From NCBI RefSeq assembly GCF_044324785.1, contig NZ_CP172127.1: a stretch of DNA of 64,000 nt, one strand, 5' to 3'. Source of the DNA: Escherichia coli. GTDB taxonomy: Bacteria > Pseudomonadota > Gammaproteobacteria > Enterobacterales > Enterobacteriaceae. A program made the position numbers and the translations under genes. Positions within the stretch are counted from its first letter, which is position 1. Every line of letters begins with the position of its first letter. The notes under the pieces are model-generated. The model did no database searches and was not told the DNA's origin. It worked only from the letters and a program-made list of their open reading frames with translations. Positions 25,641 to 38,420 of the stretch are shown in pieces.

Positions 25641-26121
25641 TGGATTAAATATCTATTACTCTCCCGAGAGTAAAACTATCAAATCAATGAGTAACCGATA
25701 CAGTCTCACAAATTCTTTCAGATAATTAACCCGTCACTGCGGCACGTTCTCTCATAAGGCGTGCCTGCAGTGTAATCCAGTATGTATCCGGCATAGTTGA
25801 CGGTTTAATAAAGCTCAATTCCTCGCCCAGGTTACCAACAACGATATCTTGTATAACACCCCAGGAGATACGACATTATGATGAGATGCGATATGCTCCT
25901 CAGCGCCAATCAACTCGAGGACTGGGCCAGTCTTGAGATCAGACTCATTCCCGGAACTGACTTTAGGCGACATATATCAATGACGTTGGGGCAATAAAAG
26001 ATAGTCGATGTAATACATCTATTCAAATTTGTGATACATGTCAAAAAATTGGTTGACCAAACTCGTTATTTATATAAGGGCACTTACGAAGTGCGCTCTT
26101 TTTTAAAGCGAGGAAGTACCA

Positions 26122-26223
26122 ATGAAAGAGAATAAAGTACAACAAATCAGTCATAAACTGATTAATATCGTTGTTTTTGTCGCAATTGTAGAATACGCCT
26201 ATTTATTTCTCCATTTCTATTAA
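26122..26223 (+). CDS. ykgR: Small hydrophobic protein YkgR (33 aa)
   Basis: MKENKVQQISHKLINIVVFVAIVEYAYLFLHFY, with the RBS gaggaag 6 nt upstream. Confidence 0.55.
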   Translation: MKENKVQQISHKLINIVVFVAIVEYAYLFLHFY

Positions 26224-26558
26224 TAACGGCAATAAACTGTTCACTGCAGTGATATTTAAAATATGCATCCTCTCCCTTTTTTGTAAGTAATTATTATATC
26301 CGTGGGAGAGGAATACACGCTGTCAGGTAATCAATCATACTACGATAAATCATCGGCCAGTAAAGTGGAGATAACCTCCATTCTCGAAAAATCCATACTC
26401 TCAGCAAAACCATCATCAATCACTCATCCAGGCGTTTATGGGAGCGTCACCAATGGCTGCTAACAATGCCAGAGTTCCCCGTTGCCGAAATTCCACATCC
26501 ACAAAGGGTCACAGGGATTGGGTGTTGAAATGATCCGGATGAGCATGTATCCTTACGG

Positions 26559-26576
26559 TTATGTTATAACATAACA
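26559..26576. promoter_or_regulatory. Zur box upstream of ykgM
   Basis: Perfect palindrome gTTATGTTATAACATAAc, 10 bp upstream of the ykgM start. Confidence 0.75.
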
Positions 26577-26586
26577 GGCGAAAATA

Positions 26587-26850
26587 ATGAAACCCAATAT
26601 CCATCCTGAGTATCGTACTGTGGTGTTCCACGACACCAGTGTTGATGAGTACTTTAAAATCGGCTCGACTATCAAAACAGACCGTGAGATTGAGCTGGAT
26701 GGCGTAACGTATCCGTACGTAACAATTGATGTCTCTTCGAAATCGCACCCGTTCTATACAGGGAAGCTGAGAACAGTGGCATCAGAAGGAAATGTTGCAC
26801 GGTTCACCCAACGTTTTGGTCGTTTTGTTAGCACGAAAAAGGGGGCATGA
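26587..26850 (+). CDS. ykgM: Ribosomal protein L31 type B (zinc-independent paralog)
   Basis: 87 aa, [10 protein letters not shown]... Confidence 0.9.
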
Positions 26851-26990
26851 TGAAAGTCCTTAACTCTCTGCGTACCGCAAAAGAACGCCATCCAGACTGT
26901 CAGATTGTGAAGCGAAAAGGACGGCTGTATGTGATTTGTAAATCTAATCCACGTTTTAAGGCCGTTCAGGGTCGTAAGAAAAAACGTTGA
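26850..26990 (+). CDS. ykgO: Ribosomal protein L36 paralog (46 aa)
   Basis: [46 protein letters not shown]. Its ATG overlaps the ykgM stop (ATGATG). Confidence 0.8.
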   Translation: MKVLNSLRTAKERHPDCQIVKRKGRLYVICKSNPRFKAVQGRKKKR

Positions 26991-27043
26991 GTTAAAATTC
27001 GACGAATTAACGATATTTGTCTGATTAATAATCAGACCGGATT

Positions 27044-27080
27044 AATGTTGGTGTATTTATTACACCAGCATTAATTTTCC
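27044..27080 (+). terminator. Rho-independent terminator after ykgMO
   Basis: aatgttggtgta-ttta-tacaccagcatt followed by aattttcc. Confidence 0.6.
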
Positions 27081-27396
27081 TGGGGATGTATCTTCCTGTT
27101 CATTTAAGGTCAACTGCCTGACGTTTCTCTCCGAATATTCCATTATATTAATGTTGACTTGTTGACCAGCTTCGCCCTGTATGCTGGCATCAACTCTATT
27201 TTAGACTGAACACGCCACTCAGTTTCCTCCCTTTGCGACGCAGCCTGCATTTACACTCAAACTGTTAAGATGATAAATGTGGTAAATCTGTTGGTACTGA
27301 CATAAAAACGTTTACGCCACAGGAACGACCTGATCCATCGGTAACCCCATCGCCGACGTTCGAGTGCCAGTTAGAGTAACGCGCACAGATGACTGA

Positions 27397-27621
27397 ATGC
27401 AGTGCCCTGGCAAAGAGGCCATCGTTCCTGTGACAACTGGCAGTCTTCGTTTAACTTCACTTAATTTGGCTCTTAGGGGGCTTACCGGACAGATGACGTA
27501 CTTACGCCTGTTTAATTTTTCATCACTTATTGGGATGAACACCCATAACCATTTTGTGCGGCATGTTAATCCATTAAAACACCTTACTGATTGGCAAATC
27601 ATCTTTAATTATGACTTATGA
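27397..27621 (+). CDS. ykgL: Small protein, possibly YkgL
   Basis: 74-aa ORF in the ykgO-ecpR gap. Only position and size support it. Confidence 0.35.
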   Translation: MQCPGKEAIVPVTTGSLRLTSLNLALRGLTGQMTYLRLFNFSSLIGMNTHNHFVRHVNPLKHLTDWQIIFNYDL

Positions 27622-28004
27622 TAGTTTTATATTCTATTTCTTATCATTTAAACTTGTTTTTTTACTAGTCCATTACACAACACATTAAGACTATTCCTAA
27701 CACCTCAGGGCAAAGTTCCTGGCTAATATAAAATGCAAGTAAGAATTGAACGTTATATTGCCAATAACCTTATGAAACTGAATGTCTTTTTCTTCTTATC
27801 AAAAAAGCAATATTTTCATTTTTTGTAAATATTGACTTAACCATGGAATTCATTTTCTGTTCACATATTGACACTCATCAGGAAAAAAACATAAATTTAA
27901 ACCTAATCGAAATAATTAAAACTTAATCTCGTTTAACCTATATTGATATGTGCTACGTATCTTATTTACTTCCGATTTACTAAAGAAACTGAATGTACCT
28001 GTAA

Positions 28005-28616
<612 letters not shown>

Positions 28617-28690
28617 ACTCCAGGCAAGTTAGTTTTAAAAAATGACTCACAGGGACATCACGTCCTCAATTCAACTCGGGAAGAAATGCA

Positions 28691-29278
28691 ATGAAAAAAA
28701 AGGTTCTGGCAATAGCTCTGGTAACGGTGTTTACCGGCATGGGTGTGGCGCAGGCTGCTGACGTAACAGCTCAGGCTGTAGCGACCTGGTCAGCAACAGC
28801 CAAAAAAGACACCACCAGTAAGCTGGTTGTGACGCCACTCGGTAGCCTGGCGTTCCAGTATGCCGAAGGCATTAAAGGTTTTAACTCACAGAAAGGTCTA
28901 TTTGACGTGGCTATCGAGGGTGACTCAACGGCTACCGCCTTTAAACTGACCTCACGTCTTATCACCAACACCTTAACCCAGTTGGATACCTCAGGTTCCA
29001 CACTGAATGTGGGCGTGGATTATAACGGCGCGGCAGTCGAAAAAACTGGCGATACCGTGATGATCGATACCGCCAACGGCGTACTGGGCGGCAACCTTAG
29101 CCCACTGGCTAACGGTTACAATGCCAGCAATCGTACCACCGCACAGGATGGTTTCACTTTCTCCATCATCAGCGGCACCACCAATGGTACCACCGCAGTA
29201 ACCGATTACAGCACTCTACCGGAAGGCATCTGGAGCGGCGACGTTAGCGTACAGTTCGACGCTACCTGGACCAGTTAA
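28691..29278 (+). CDS. ecpA: ECP major pilin
   Basis: 195 aa with a signal peptide. Matches EcpA/MatB. Confidence 0.9.
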   Translation: MKKKVLAIALVTVFTGMGVAQAADVTAQAVATWSATAKKDTTSKLVVTPLGSLAFQYAEGIKGFNSQKGLFDVAIEGDSTATAFKLTSRLITNTLTQLDTSGSTLNVGVDYNGAAVEKTGDTVMIDTANGVLGGNLSPLANGYNASNRTTAQDGFTFSIISGTTNGTTAVTDYSTLPEGIWSGDVSVQFDATWTS

Positions 29279-29334
29279 TCTCTCTGATGTACCAGCAGGG
29301 GTACCCCCCTGCTTTATTCCTGGACGGAATTGTT

Positions 29335-30003
29335 ATGAAAAAGCACCTTCTGCCTCTCACTCTGCTGTTTTCCGGAATATCTCCGGCCCAGGCGCTGGAT
29401 GTCGGCGATATATCATCGTTTATGAACAGTGACAGCAGCACGCTGAGCAAAACGATCCAAAACAGTACCGACAGTGGCCGCCTCATCAATATCCGTCTCG
29501 AACGGCTCTCTTCACCGCTTGACGACGGGCAGGTTATCGCAATGGACAAGCCGGATGAGTTGCTACTCACTCCCGCCAGCTTGCTGCTACCCGCCCAAGC
29601 CAGCGAAGTGATCCGCTTCTTCTATAAGGGACCCGCAGATGAAAAAGAGCGCTACTACCGCGTTGTCTGGTTTGATCAGGCCCTCAGTGATGCGCAGCGC
29701 GATAATGCCAACCGCAGCGCTGTGGCCACTGCTTCCGCCCGCATCGGCACCATTCTGGTCGTCGCACCCCGCCAGGCGAACTACCACTTTCAGTACGCCA
29801 ACAGCTCCCTGACAAATACAGGAAATGCGACGCTGCGGATCCTCGCCTACGGCCCCTGCCTGAAAGCCGCCAATGGTAAAGAGTGTAAAGAGAATTACTA
29901 CCTGATGCCGGGTAAGTCGCGTCGTTTTACCCGCGTGGATACGGCGGATAACAAAGGACGGGTTGCACTTTGGCAGGGTGATAAGTTCATTCCCGTGAAA
30001 TAG
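29335..30003 (+). CDS. ecpB: ECP periplasmic chaperone
   Basis: 222 aa from [12 protein letters not shown]. Confidence 0.85.
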   Translation: MKKHLLPLTLLFSGISPAQALDVGDISSFMNSDSSTLSKTIQNSTDSGRLINIRLERLSSPLDDGQVIAMDKPDELLLTPASLLLPAQASEVIRFFYKGPADEKERYYRVVWFDQALSDAQRDNANRSAVATASARIGTILVVAPRQANYHFQYANSSLTNTGNATLRILAYGPCLKAANGKECKENYYLMPGKSRRFTRVDTADNKGRVALWQGDKFIPVK

Positions 30004-30028
30004 ATAGCTGTGCAGATGGATAACGACA

Positions 30029-32554
30029 ATGCCTTTACGACGGTTCTCCCCAGGACTGAAAGCCCAGTTTGCCTTCGGCATGGTCTTTTTGTTCGTTCAG
30101 CCCGATGCCAGCGCTGCTGACATAAGTGCGCAGCAAATAGGTGGGGTGATTATTCCGCAGGCCTTCAGTCAGGCGCTCCAGGACGGCATGAGCGTCCCGC
30201 TTTATATTCATCTCGCCGGTAGCCAGGGTCGCCAGGACGATCAGCGAATCGGCAGCGCTTTTATCTGGCTGGATGATGGACAGCTACGCATCCGGAAAAT
30301 ACAGCTGGAAGAGAGTGAAGATAACGCCAGTGTCAGCGAACAAACTCGACAGCAGCTGATGGCTCTGGCGAACGCCCCGTTCAATGAGGCCCTTACCATC
30401 CCCCTGACTGACAACGCGCAGCTGGATCTCAGCTTGCGCCAACTGCTGCTGCAGCTGGTGGTCAAGCGCGAAGCGCTGGGCACCGTACTACGCTCACGTA
30501 GCGAAGACATCGGGCAGTCCAGTGTTAACACCCTCAGCAGTAATCTGAGCTATAACTTCGGCGTCTATAACAACCAGTTGCGTAACGGCGGGAGCAACAC
30601 ATCCAGCTATCTGTCGCTGAATAACGTTACTGCACTGCGCGAACATCATGTGGTGCTCGACGGCTCGCTGTACGGGATCGGTAGCGGTCAACAGGACAGT
30701 GAATTATATAAAGCGATGTATGAACGCGATTTTGCCGGTCACCGATTTGCCGGTGGAATGCTCGACACCTGGAACTTGCAGTCCTTAGGGCCGATGACCG
30801 CCATTTCAGCAGGGAAGATTTACGGCCTTTCCTGGGGAAACCAGGCCAGCTCCACCATCTTCGACAGCAGCCAGTCAGCCACGCCAGTGATCGCCTTTTT
30901 ACCGGCGGCGGGCGAAGTACATCTCACCCGTGATGGGCGGCTACTAAGCGTTCAGAACTTCACCATGGGCAATCATGAAGTGGATACCCGGGGTCTACCG
31001 TACGGTATTTACGATGTGGAAGTTGAGGTGATCGTTAACGGTCGCGTGATCAGCAAACGCACTCAACGGGTCAATAAGCTGTTTAGCCGGGGGCGCGGCG
31101 TCGGTGCACCACTGGCGTGGCAGATATGGGGCGGTAGCTTTCATATGGATCGCTGGTCGGAAAACGGGAAAAAGACGCGACCAGCTAAAGAGAGTTGGCT
31201 GGCAGGTGCCTCGACCTCCGGCTCACTGAGTACGCTTAGCTGGGCGGCAACGGGATATGGATACGATAATCAGGCGGTGGGTGAAACCCGTCTGACGCTG
31301 CCGCTTGGGGGAGCGATCAACGTTAACCTGCAAAATATGCTGGCCAGTGACAGCTCATGGAGCAACATCGCCAGCATCAGCGCCACTCTACCGGGAGGCT
31401 TTAGTTCGCTGTGGGTTAACCAGGAAAAAACCCGCATTGGCAATCAATTGCGACGTAGCGATGCCGACAACCGTGCAATCGGCGGCACACTCAACCTGAA
31501 CTCACTGTGGTCGAAGCTGGGCACATTCAGCATCAGCTACAATGATGACCGCCGTTACAACAGCCATTATTACACGGCAGATTACTATCAAAGTGTCTAC
31601 AGCGGTACCTTTGGTTCGCTTGGCCTGCGGGCCGGTATTCAGCGCTATAACAACGGCGACAGCAGCGCCAATACAGGGAAATATATCGCTCTCGATCTCT
31701 CGCTACCACTGGGCAACTGGTTTAGCGCAGGGATGACCCATCAAAACGGCTACACCATGGCAAACCTGTCAGCACGCAAACAGTTTGATGAAGGAACCAT
31801 TCGCACTGTTGGTGCCAATCTGTCACGAGCCATCTCCGGCGATACCGGTGATGACAAAACCCTCAGCGGTGGGGCGTATGCACAGTTCGACGCTCGTTAC
31901 GCCAGCGGAACGCTGAACGTCAATAGCGCGGCGGACGGCTACATCAATACCAATTTGACCGCCAACGGCAGCGTCGGCTGGCAAGGTAAAAACATCGCTG
32001 CCAGCGGGCGGACCGATGGCAATGCTGGGGTGATATTCGACACTGGCCTGGAGAACGATGGTCAGATCAGCGCCAAAATCAACGGGCGGATTTTCCCGCT
32101 TAACGGCAAGCGTAACTATCTCCCGCTCTCTCCCTATGGAAGATATGAGGTGGAGTTACAGAACAGCAAAAACTCACTCGACAGTTACGATATCGTCAGC
32201 GGTCGCAAAAGCCATCTGACTCTCTATCCAGGCAATGTCGCTGTCATTGAGCCAGAAGTGAAGCAGATGGTTACCGTCTCCGGTCGTATCCGTGCGGAAG
32301 ACGGCACACTGCTGGCTAACGCACGGATTAACAACCATATCGGCCGAACCCGAACCGATGAAAACGGCGAGTTTGTCATGGACGTGGATAAGAAATACCC
32401 CACTATCGATTTTCGCTACAGTGGCAATAAAACCTGCGAAGTGGCACTGGAACTCAACCAGGCGCGCGGTGCCGTCTGGGTCGGTGATGTGGTCTGCAGC
32501 GGCCTCTCATCGTGGGCGGCGGTGACGCAGACAGGAGAAGAGAATGAGAGTTAA
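30029..32554 (+). CDS. ecpC: ECP outer-membrane usher
   Basis: 841 aa. Confidence 0.9.
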   Translation: MPLRRFSPGLKAQFAFGMVFLFVQPDASAADISAQQIGGVIIPQAFSQALQDGMSVPLYIHLAGSQGRQDDQRIGSAFIWLDDGQLRIRKIQLEESEDNASVSEQTRQQLMALANAPFNEALTIPLTDNAQLDLSLRQLLLQLVVKREALGTVLRSRSEDIGQSSVNTLSSNLSYNFGVYNNQLRNGGSNTSSYLSLNNVTALREHHVVLDGSLYGIGSGQQDSELYKAMYERDFAGHRFAGGMLDTWNLQSLGPMTAISAGKIYGLSWGNQASSTIFDSSQSATPVIAFLPAAGEVHLTRDGRLLSVQNFTMGNHEVDTRGLPYGIYDVEVEVIVNGRVISKRTQRVNKLFSRGRGVGAPLAWQIWGGSFHMDRWSENGKKTRPAKESWLAGASTSGSLSTLSWAATGYGYDNQAVGETRLTLPLGGAINVNLQNMLASDSSWSNIASISATLPGGFSSLWVNQEKTRIGNQLRRSDADNRAIGGTLNLNSLWSKLGTFSISYNDDRRYNSHYYTADYYQSVYSGTFGSLGLRAGIQRYNNGDSSANTGKYIALDLSLPLGNWFSAGMTHQNGYTMANLSARKQFDEGTIRTVGANLSRAISGDTGDDKTLSGGAYAQFDARYASGTLNVNSAADGYINTNLTANGSVGWQGKNIAASGRTDGNAGVIFDTGLENDGQISAKINGRIFPLNGKRNYLPLSPYGRYEVELQNSKNSLDSYDIVSGRKSHLTLYPGNVAVIEPEVKQMVTVSGRIRAEDGTLLANARINNHIGRTRTDENGEFVMDVDKKYPTIDFRYSGNKTCEVALELNQARGAVWVGDVVCSGLSSWAAVTQTGEENES

Positions 32555-34187
32555 CCTACTGATAGCGATGATAATCGTTGCGCTAATCTGGCCTGCAACC
32601 GCGCTCAGAGCGGCAGTGAGCAAAACAACCTGGGCGGATGCACCGGCACGCGAGTTTGTGTTTGTCGAAAACAACTCAGACGACAACTTTTTCGTCACTC
32701 CTGGCGGGGCGCTGGATCCGCGCCTGACCGGTGCCAACCGCTGGACCGGTTTAAAATACAATGGTTCAGGAACCATCTATCAGCAAAGTCTCGGCTACAT
32801 TGATAACGGTTACAACACCGGCCTTTATACCAACTGGAAGTTTGATATGTGGCTGGAAAATTCACCAGTTTCATCTCCTTTAACTGGCTTGCGCTGCATC
32901 AACTGGTACGCAGGGTGTAATATGACCACCAGTCTTATCCTGCCGCAAACCACCGACGCCAGTGGATTTTATGGCGCGACGGTGACCAGCGGCGGCGCGA
33001 AGTGGATGCACGGCATGTTGTCAGACGCGTTTTACCAGTATCTGCAACAAATGCCCGTCGGCAGCAGCTTTACAATGACCATCAATGCCTGCCAGACCTC
33101 TGTGAACTATGACGCCAGCAGCGGCGCACGCTGTAAGGATCAGGCCTCCGGCAACTGGTATGTTCGCAACGTCACCCATACGAAAGCAGCAAATCTGCGG
33201 TTGATAAATACCCACTCGCTGGCGGAAGTATTTATCAACAGCGACGGAGTACCGACTCTGGGCGAAGGGAACGCCGACTGCCGGACGCAAACCATCGGCA
33301 GCCGTTCAGGATTAAGTTGTAAGATGGTTAACTATACCCTGCAAACAAACGGACTCAGCAACACCTCAATCCATATATTCCCGGCGATCGCCAACTCGTC
33401 GTTAGCCTCGGCCGTCGGGGCGTACGATATGCAGTTCAGTCTGAATGGCAGTTCATGGAAACCGGTGAGCAATACCGCCTATTACTACACCTTCAACGAG
33501 ATGAAGAGCGCAGACTCGATCTATGTTTTCTTCTCGAGCAACTTCTTTAAGCAGATGGTGAACCTCGGGATCAGCGATATCAACACCAAAGATCTATTCA
33601 ACTTTCGCTTTCAGAACACCACATCACCGGAGTCTGGCTGGTATGAATTTTCTACCTCCAACACGCTGATTATCAAACCCCGTGATTTCAGCATCAGTAT
33701 TATCTCCGATGAATATACTCAGACACCGTCGCGGGAGGGATATGTCGGCAGCGGCGAGTCGGCACTCGATTTCGGCTATATCGTAACCACCAGCGGTAAA
33801 ACAGCTGCCGACGAAGTGCTGATCAAGGTGACCGGACCAGCGCAGGTGATTGGCGGACGCTCCTATTGTGTCTTCAGCTCCGATGACGGTAAGGCGAAAG
33901 TACCGTTCCCGGCGACGCTTTCCTTTATTACCCGCAACGGAGCTACAAAAACCTACGATGCCGGGTGCGATGATAGCTGGCGGGATATGACCGATGCGCT
34001 GTGGCTGACCACACCGTGGACTGATATCTCTGGCGAAGTGGGGCAGATGGATAAGACCACAGTCAAATTTTCGATTCCAATGGATAACGCCATTTCGCTG
34101 CGTACGGTAGATGATAACGGCTGGTTTGGCGAAGTCAGCGCTTCAGGAGAAATTCATGTTCAGGCGACGTGGCGTAACATTAACTAA
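32544..34187 (+). CDS. ecpD: ECP tip adhesin
   Basis: 547 aa. Overlaps the ecpC stop. Confidence 0.85.
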   Translation: MRVNLLIAMIIVALIWPATALRAAVSKTTWADAPAREFVFVENNSDDNFFVTPGGALDPRLTGANRWTGLKYNGSGTIYQQSLGYIDNGYNTGLYTNWKFDMWLENSPVSSPLTGLRCINWYAGCNMTTSLILPQTTDASGFYGATVTSGGAKWMHGMLSDAFYQYLQQMPVGSSFTMTINACQTSVNYDASSGARCKDQASGNWYVRNVTHTKAANLRLINTHSLAEVFINSDGVPTLGEGNADCRTQTIGSRSGLSCKMVNYTLQTNGLSNTSIHIFPAIANSSLASAVGAYDMQFSLNGSSWKPVSNTAYYYTFNEMKSADSIYVFFSSNFFKQMVNLGISDINTKDLFNFRFQNTTSPESGWYEFSTSNTLIIKPRDFSISIISDEYTQTPSREGYVGSGESALDFGYIVTTSGKTAADEVLIKVTGPAQVIGGRSYCVFSSDDGKAKVPFPATLSFITRNGATKTYDAGCDDSWRDMTDALWLTTPWTDISGEVGQMDKTTVKFSIPMDNAISLRTVDDNGWFGEVSASGEIHVQATWRNIN

Positions 34188-34866
34188 GGCCCTGCTGACA
34201 GCGGTCTGTATGCTGGCGGCACCTTTGACACAGGCGATTTCGGTCGGCAATCTGACATTTTCGCTGCCGTCCGAGACTGACTTTGTCAGCAAACGTGTAG
34301 TGAATAACAACAAAAGCGCACGGATATACCGTATTGCCATCAGTGCTATCGATAGCCCGGGCAGCAGTGAATTGCGCACCCGACCGGTGGATGGTGAACT
34401 GCTTTTCGCCCCCCGCCAGCTGGCGTTGCAGGCTGGTGAGAGCGAGTATTTTAAATTTTACTATCATGGTCCACAGGATAACCGCGAGCGCTACTACCGG
34501 GTCTCATTTCGCGAGGTCCCCACTCGCAACCAGACAAGACGCAGCCCAACCGGCGGCGAGGTCAGCACGGAGCCGGTGGTGGTGATGGATACCATTCTGG
34601 TAGTACGACCTCGTCAGGTTCAGTTTAAATGGTCCTTCGACCAGGTGACAGGAACGGTAAGTAACACCGGCAACACGTGGTTTAAGCTACTGATTAAACC
34701 AGGATGTGATTCGACCGAAGAGGAAGGCGACGCCTGGTATCTACGTCCGGGAGACGTAGTTCATCAGCCTGAGTTACGTCAGCCGGGGAATCATTATCTG
34801 GTCTATAACGACAAATTCATTAAGATTAGCGATTCCTGTCCTGCTAAGCCCCCTTCGGCGGACTAA
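34156..34866 (+). CDS. ecpE: ECP second chaperone
   Basis: 236 aa from MFRRRGVTL. Confidence 0.85.
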   Translation: MFRRRGVTLTKALLTAVCMLAAPLTQAISVGNLTFSLPSETDFVSKRVVNNNKSARIYRIAISAIDSPGSSELRTRPVDGELLFAPRQLALQAGESEYFKFYYHGPQDNRERYYRVSFREVPTRNQTRRSPTGGEVSTEPVVVMDTILVVRPRQVQFKWSFDQVTGTVSNTGNTWFKLLIKPGCDSTEEEGDAWYLRPGDVVHQPELRQPGNHYLVYNDKFIKISDSCPAKPPSAD

Positions 34867-35179
34867 GACTTATCCATCGGACGAGGGAAGAACTCCACCT
34901 CAGAGACTCAAATAATCGTTTAAATGATGTGGACGCGATCGTCAATGTCACCTGTAATGATGGGCTTTCTCATATGTACACCATAGTGTTCAGGAGACAC
35001 GGAAAGGTGCCAGGCAGCCTGCTAACGAGTGGTTTATTCACGAATTAGTACGTAAAATCGGTAACGGCTGGAAATCATTCAATACTTACACTATCGAAAG
35101 TTCCCCAGCCAACCGTGGTACGTTCTTACATACGATGTACCGCTGTTCTCTTTACGATTTATAGCTGTACTGGTGAATT

Positions 35180-35509
35180 ATGAGCAATCTGAATCCATGC
35201 ATGACGTGTGGTGCCTGTTGTGCATTTTTCCGCGTCTCTTTTTACTGGGCCGAAGCCGACGATGCTGGCGGTACCATTCCCGCCAGGCTCACTGAACAAA
35301 TATCCCCTTTTCACCGATGCATGAGCGGTACCAATCAGAAAAACCCCCGATGTATTGCCCTTGCAGGAACACCGGGCAAAAATGCCTGCTGCACGATATA
35401 TAAAAATCGATCGTCCACGTGCAGAGAATTCGCCATGTCTGGTGAGAACGGAGTCGTCAATGAGGCTTGCAATCGTGCAAGAGCTAAATACGGGCTGACA
35501 CCGTTATAA
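35180..35509 (+). CDS. ykgJ: YkgJ, Cys-rich zinc/iron-chelating domain protein
   Basis: 109 aa with CMTCGACC. Confidence 0.8.
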
Positions 35510-35531
35510 ATATGCAATAATTAATTGCACT

Positions 35532-35565
35532 GCCCCGCCAGCTATAATCGCGGGGCTTCGTTTTT
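35532..35565 (+). terminator. Terminator after ykgJ
   Basis: ccccgc-cagctataat-cgcgggg followed by cttcgttttt. Confidence 0.55.
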
Positions 35566-35715
35566 CAGGGATCACAAAACCCGAAACTTCTTCCATCTGC
35601 CAGCAACAATGCCTCTTCCTTTATAGTGTTCTCCGGATCTACAGCATCCTGAAGTAGCGCGATGTACTCACTGGCTATCTGCATCAGAAAGTTAAAAACA
35701 ATGTTTTTAACCTAT

Positions 35716-35745
35716 AAAAATGGCGCTGTATTTGCGCCATTTTTA
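35716..35745. terminator. Bidirectional terminator between ykgJ and yagU
   Basis: aaaaatggcgc-tgtattt-gcgccattttt. Confidence 0.6.
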
Positions 35746-35757
35746 TCATTCAATGCA

Positions 35758-36372
35758 TTATCTGTTTGAGCCTAAAGGGATCTCAGGGTCTGGCTCATGA
35801 GTAATTCTGTTTCGTAAATCTCTGCGAATAATTTCAATGGACCAGAACCAGACTAAATGTCCAAAAATTTCAGAAACATTCTCATACCACGGGAGATCAA
35901 ACAGAGGTGGCGTCAGTCCCATGAGAGGGAATGAAATCATATGAACAAAAAGTTGGGCTAAAGCACCTGCCAGTAAGCCCTGCCAGAGTTTAATTTTTGG
36001 AAATACTTCAGCGACCACACAATAACCGACAGCAAACACTATCGAAAAGATAATGTGCGTAACACCAACCCAGTTAAAGACATGCCCGGCAAAGGTATAA
36101 ACAGCCGCATTGGGATCTGTCAGCCCCAGCCAGTCTCGAAGAAAAATATACGGAGGATTGAGAAAATTACGGGAGCAATCAATTTGCCCAGCAGCCCTGA
36201 TTAATGATTCCGGGCCACACGCTGCATTAAACATATCCACCGGGCTACGTGGCGGCAATGGAACTTCAGCCCCCCACTTCACAAATGCGGAAACAACGCC
36301 AGCAATCAGCCCAATGAATGCAGCAAGACCATAACGTCTGCGGTTCGGTGGAGTTTGTTCAAATATATTCAT
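35758..36372 (-). CDS. yagU: Inner-membrane protein YagU (DUF1440)
   Basis: 204 aa, multi-TM. Confidence 0.8.
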
Positions 36373-36777
36373 ATCTACCCTGCTTGTACCATTATGTTAT
36401 ACACCTCTTCAGGAGTATTCATAAAACAAGACAAATGTAAAGAACTGTATTGTTTTGTATAATGCAATGGTGACTAATCGCCAATTAATATAAGCATCAT
36501 CATTTCTCCATATTTTTATATTAAAAGTGACAACGATTTACAGGATGATGCTGAGCTGACAATCACAGGTTTCCTTATCGTTTTTTGCATCGCACAACTA
36601 AAGCAATAAACTAGCTCCCGTCATCGGCGAATATGAATTAATTAACCGGGCTCATAGCTGCATTCGCGTTTTAAGAATAATCCTCCTGCTCTCACCGACT
36701 ATGCTTAACGTTTAAAAAAGCATCAGCACTCTCGCAACGCACTCTTATTTTCCCCTTTAGAATACCGGAGGCCTGGT

Positions 36778-37467
36778 ATGAGCAACCAAGGCGAATACCC
36801 CGAAGATAATCGGGTTGGGAAGCACGAGCCGCACGATTTTAGTTTGACCCGGCGCGATCTGATTAAAGTGAGCGCCGCAACGGCGGCGACCGCCGTGGTT
36901 TATCCTCATTCTACACTTGCGGCAAGCGTTCCGGCAGCTACACCCGCGCCAGAGATAATGCCCCTGACACTGAAGGTGAACGGCAAAACCGAGCAGCTTG
37001 AGGTGGATACCCGAACCACGCTACTGGACGCTTTGCGTGAAAATCTGCATCTGATCGGTACCAAGAAAGGTTGCGATCACGGACAGTGCGGAGCCTGTAC
37101 CGTGCTGGTCAATGGTCGCAGGCTTAATGCCTGCCTGACGCTTGCAGTCATGCATCAGGGGGCCGAGATCACCACCATTGAAGGCCTGGGTTCACCAGAT
37201 AATCTTCACCCCATGCAGGCGGCCTTTATCAAGCATGATGGCTTCCAGTGCGGCTACTGCACCTCCGGGCAAATTTGCTCATCAGTAGCGGTGCTAAAAG
37301 AGATTCAGGACGGCATTCCCAGTCACGTCACGGTCGATTTGGTTTCCCCTCCAGAAAGAACGGCCGATGAGATCCGTGAACGTATGAGCGGCAACATCTG
37401 TCGCTGTGGTGCATACGCTAACATCCTTGCCGCCATTGAAGACGCTGCGGGGGAGATAAAATCATGA
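36778..37467 (+). CDS. paoA: Periplasmic aldehyde oxidoreductase, 2Fe-2S subunit with Tat signal
   Basis: TRRDLIK twin-arginine motif and two [2Fe-2S] Cys clusters. Confidence 0.9.
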   Translation: MSNQGEYPEDNRVGKHEPHDFSLTRRDLIKVSAATAATAVVYPHSTLAASVPAATPAPEIMPLTLKVNGKTEQLEVDTRTTLLDALRENLHLIGTKKGCDHGQCGACTVLVNGRRLNACLTLAVMHQGAEITTIEGLGSPDNLHPMQAAFIKHDGFQCGYCTSGQICSSVAVLKEIQDGIPSHVTVDLVSPPERTADEIRERMSGNICRCGAYANILAAIEDAAGEIKS

Positions 37468-38420
37468 AGGCGTTTACCTATGAACGAGTGAACACCCCGG
37501 CCGAGGCGGCACTTAGCGCTCAGCGTGTACCCGGCGCAAAATTTATCGCTGGCGGGACCAATCTGCTGGACCTGATGAAGCTGGAAATTGAAACGCCAAC
37601 CCACCTTATCGATGTGAACGGGCTCGGGCTCGATAAGATTGAAGTGACCGACGCGGGTGGGCTGCGCATCGGCGCACTGGTACGGAACACCGACCTGGCG
37701 GCTCACGAGCGCGTGCGTCGTGATTATGCGGTACTCTCCCGCGCCTTGCTCGCGGGCGCGTCTGGTCAGTTACGTAATCAGGCAACCACCGCAGGTAATC
37801 TGCTCCAGCGCACGCGCTGCCCCTATTTTTACGACACCAATCAGCCCTGCAATAAGCGCCTGCCCGGGAGTGGCTGCGCGGCGCTTGAAGGCTTTAGCCG
37901 TCAGCACGCGGTGGTAGGCGTAAGCGAAGCCTGCATTGCCACCCATCCGAGCGATATGGCGGTCGCAATGCGGTTGCTGGATGCGGTGGTGGAAACCATC
38001 ACGCCGGAGGGAAAGACTCGCAGTATCACACTGGCTGATTTTTATCACCCACCGGGGAAAACGCCGCACATTGAAACCGCCCTGCTTCCCGGTGAGCTTA
38101 TCGTTGCGGTGACGTTACCTCCGCCGCTCGGCGGAAAACATATCTACCGTAAGGTGCGCGATCGCGCCTCCTACGCCTTTGCCCTGGTATCGGTCGCGGC
38201 GATTATTCAGCCTGACGGCAGCGGGCGCGTCGCGCTGGGCGGAGTAGCACATAAGCCCTGGCGCATTGAAGCTGCGGATGCTCAGCTATCCCTGGGGGCG
38301 CAGGCCGTATATGACGCGCTGTTCGCCAGCGCCCATCCCACCGCTGAAAACACCTTTAAACTCCTGTTGGCGAAGCGAACGCTTGCCTCCGTACTGGCTG
38401 AAGCGAGGGCACAGGCATGA
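37464..38420 (+). CDS. paoB: Aldehyde oxidoreductase FAD-binding subunit
   Basis: 318 aa. Overlaps the paoA stop. Confidence 0.9.
   Translation: MKAFTYERVNTPAEAALSAQRVPGAKFIAGGTNLLDLMKLEIETPTHLIDVNGLGLDKIEVTDAGGLRIGALVRNTDLAAHERVRRDYAVLSRALLAGASGQLRNQATTAGNLLQRTRCPYFYDTNQPCNKRLPGSGCAALEGFSRQHAVVGVSEACIATHPSDMAVAMRLLDAVVETITPEGKTRSITLADFYHPPGKTPHIETALLPGELIVAVTLPPPLGGKHIYRKVRDRASYAFALVSVAAIIQPDGSGRVALGGVAHKPWRIEAADAQLSLGAQAVYDALFASAHPTAENTFKLLLAKRTLASVLAEARAQA

Noticed and set aside
25877..25996. 39-codon ORF (MMRCDMLLSANQLEDW...) in the gap between the OYE stub and ykgR
   Set aside because: No RBS and no homology. It is probably residual sequence from the deleted OYE region.
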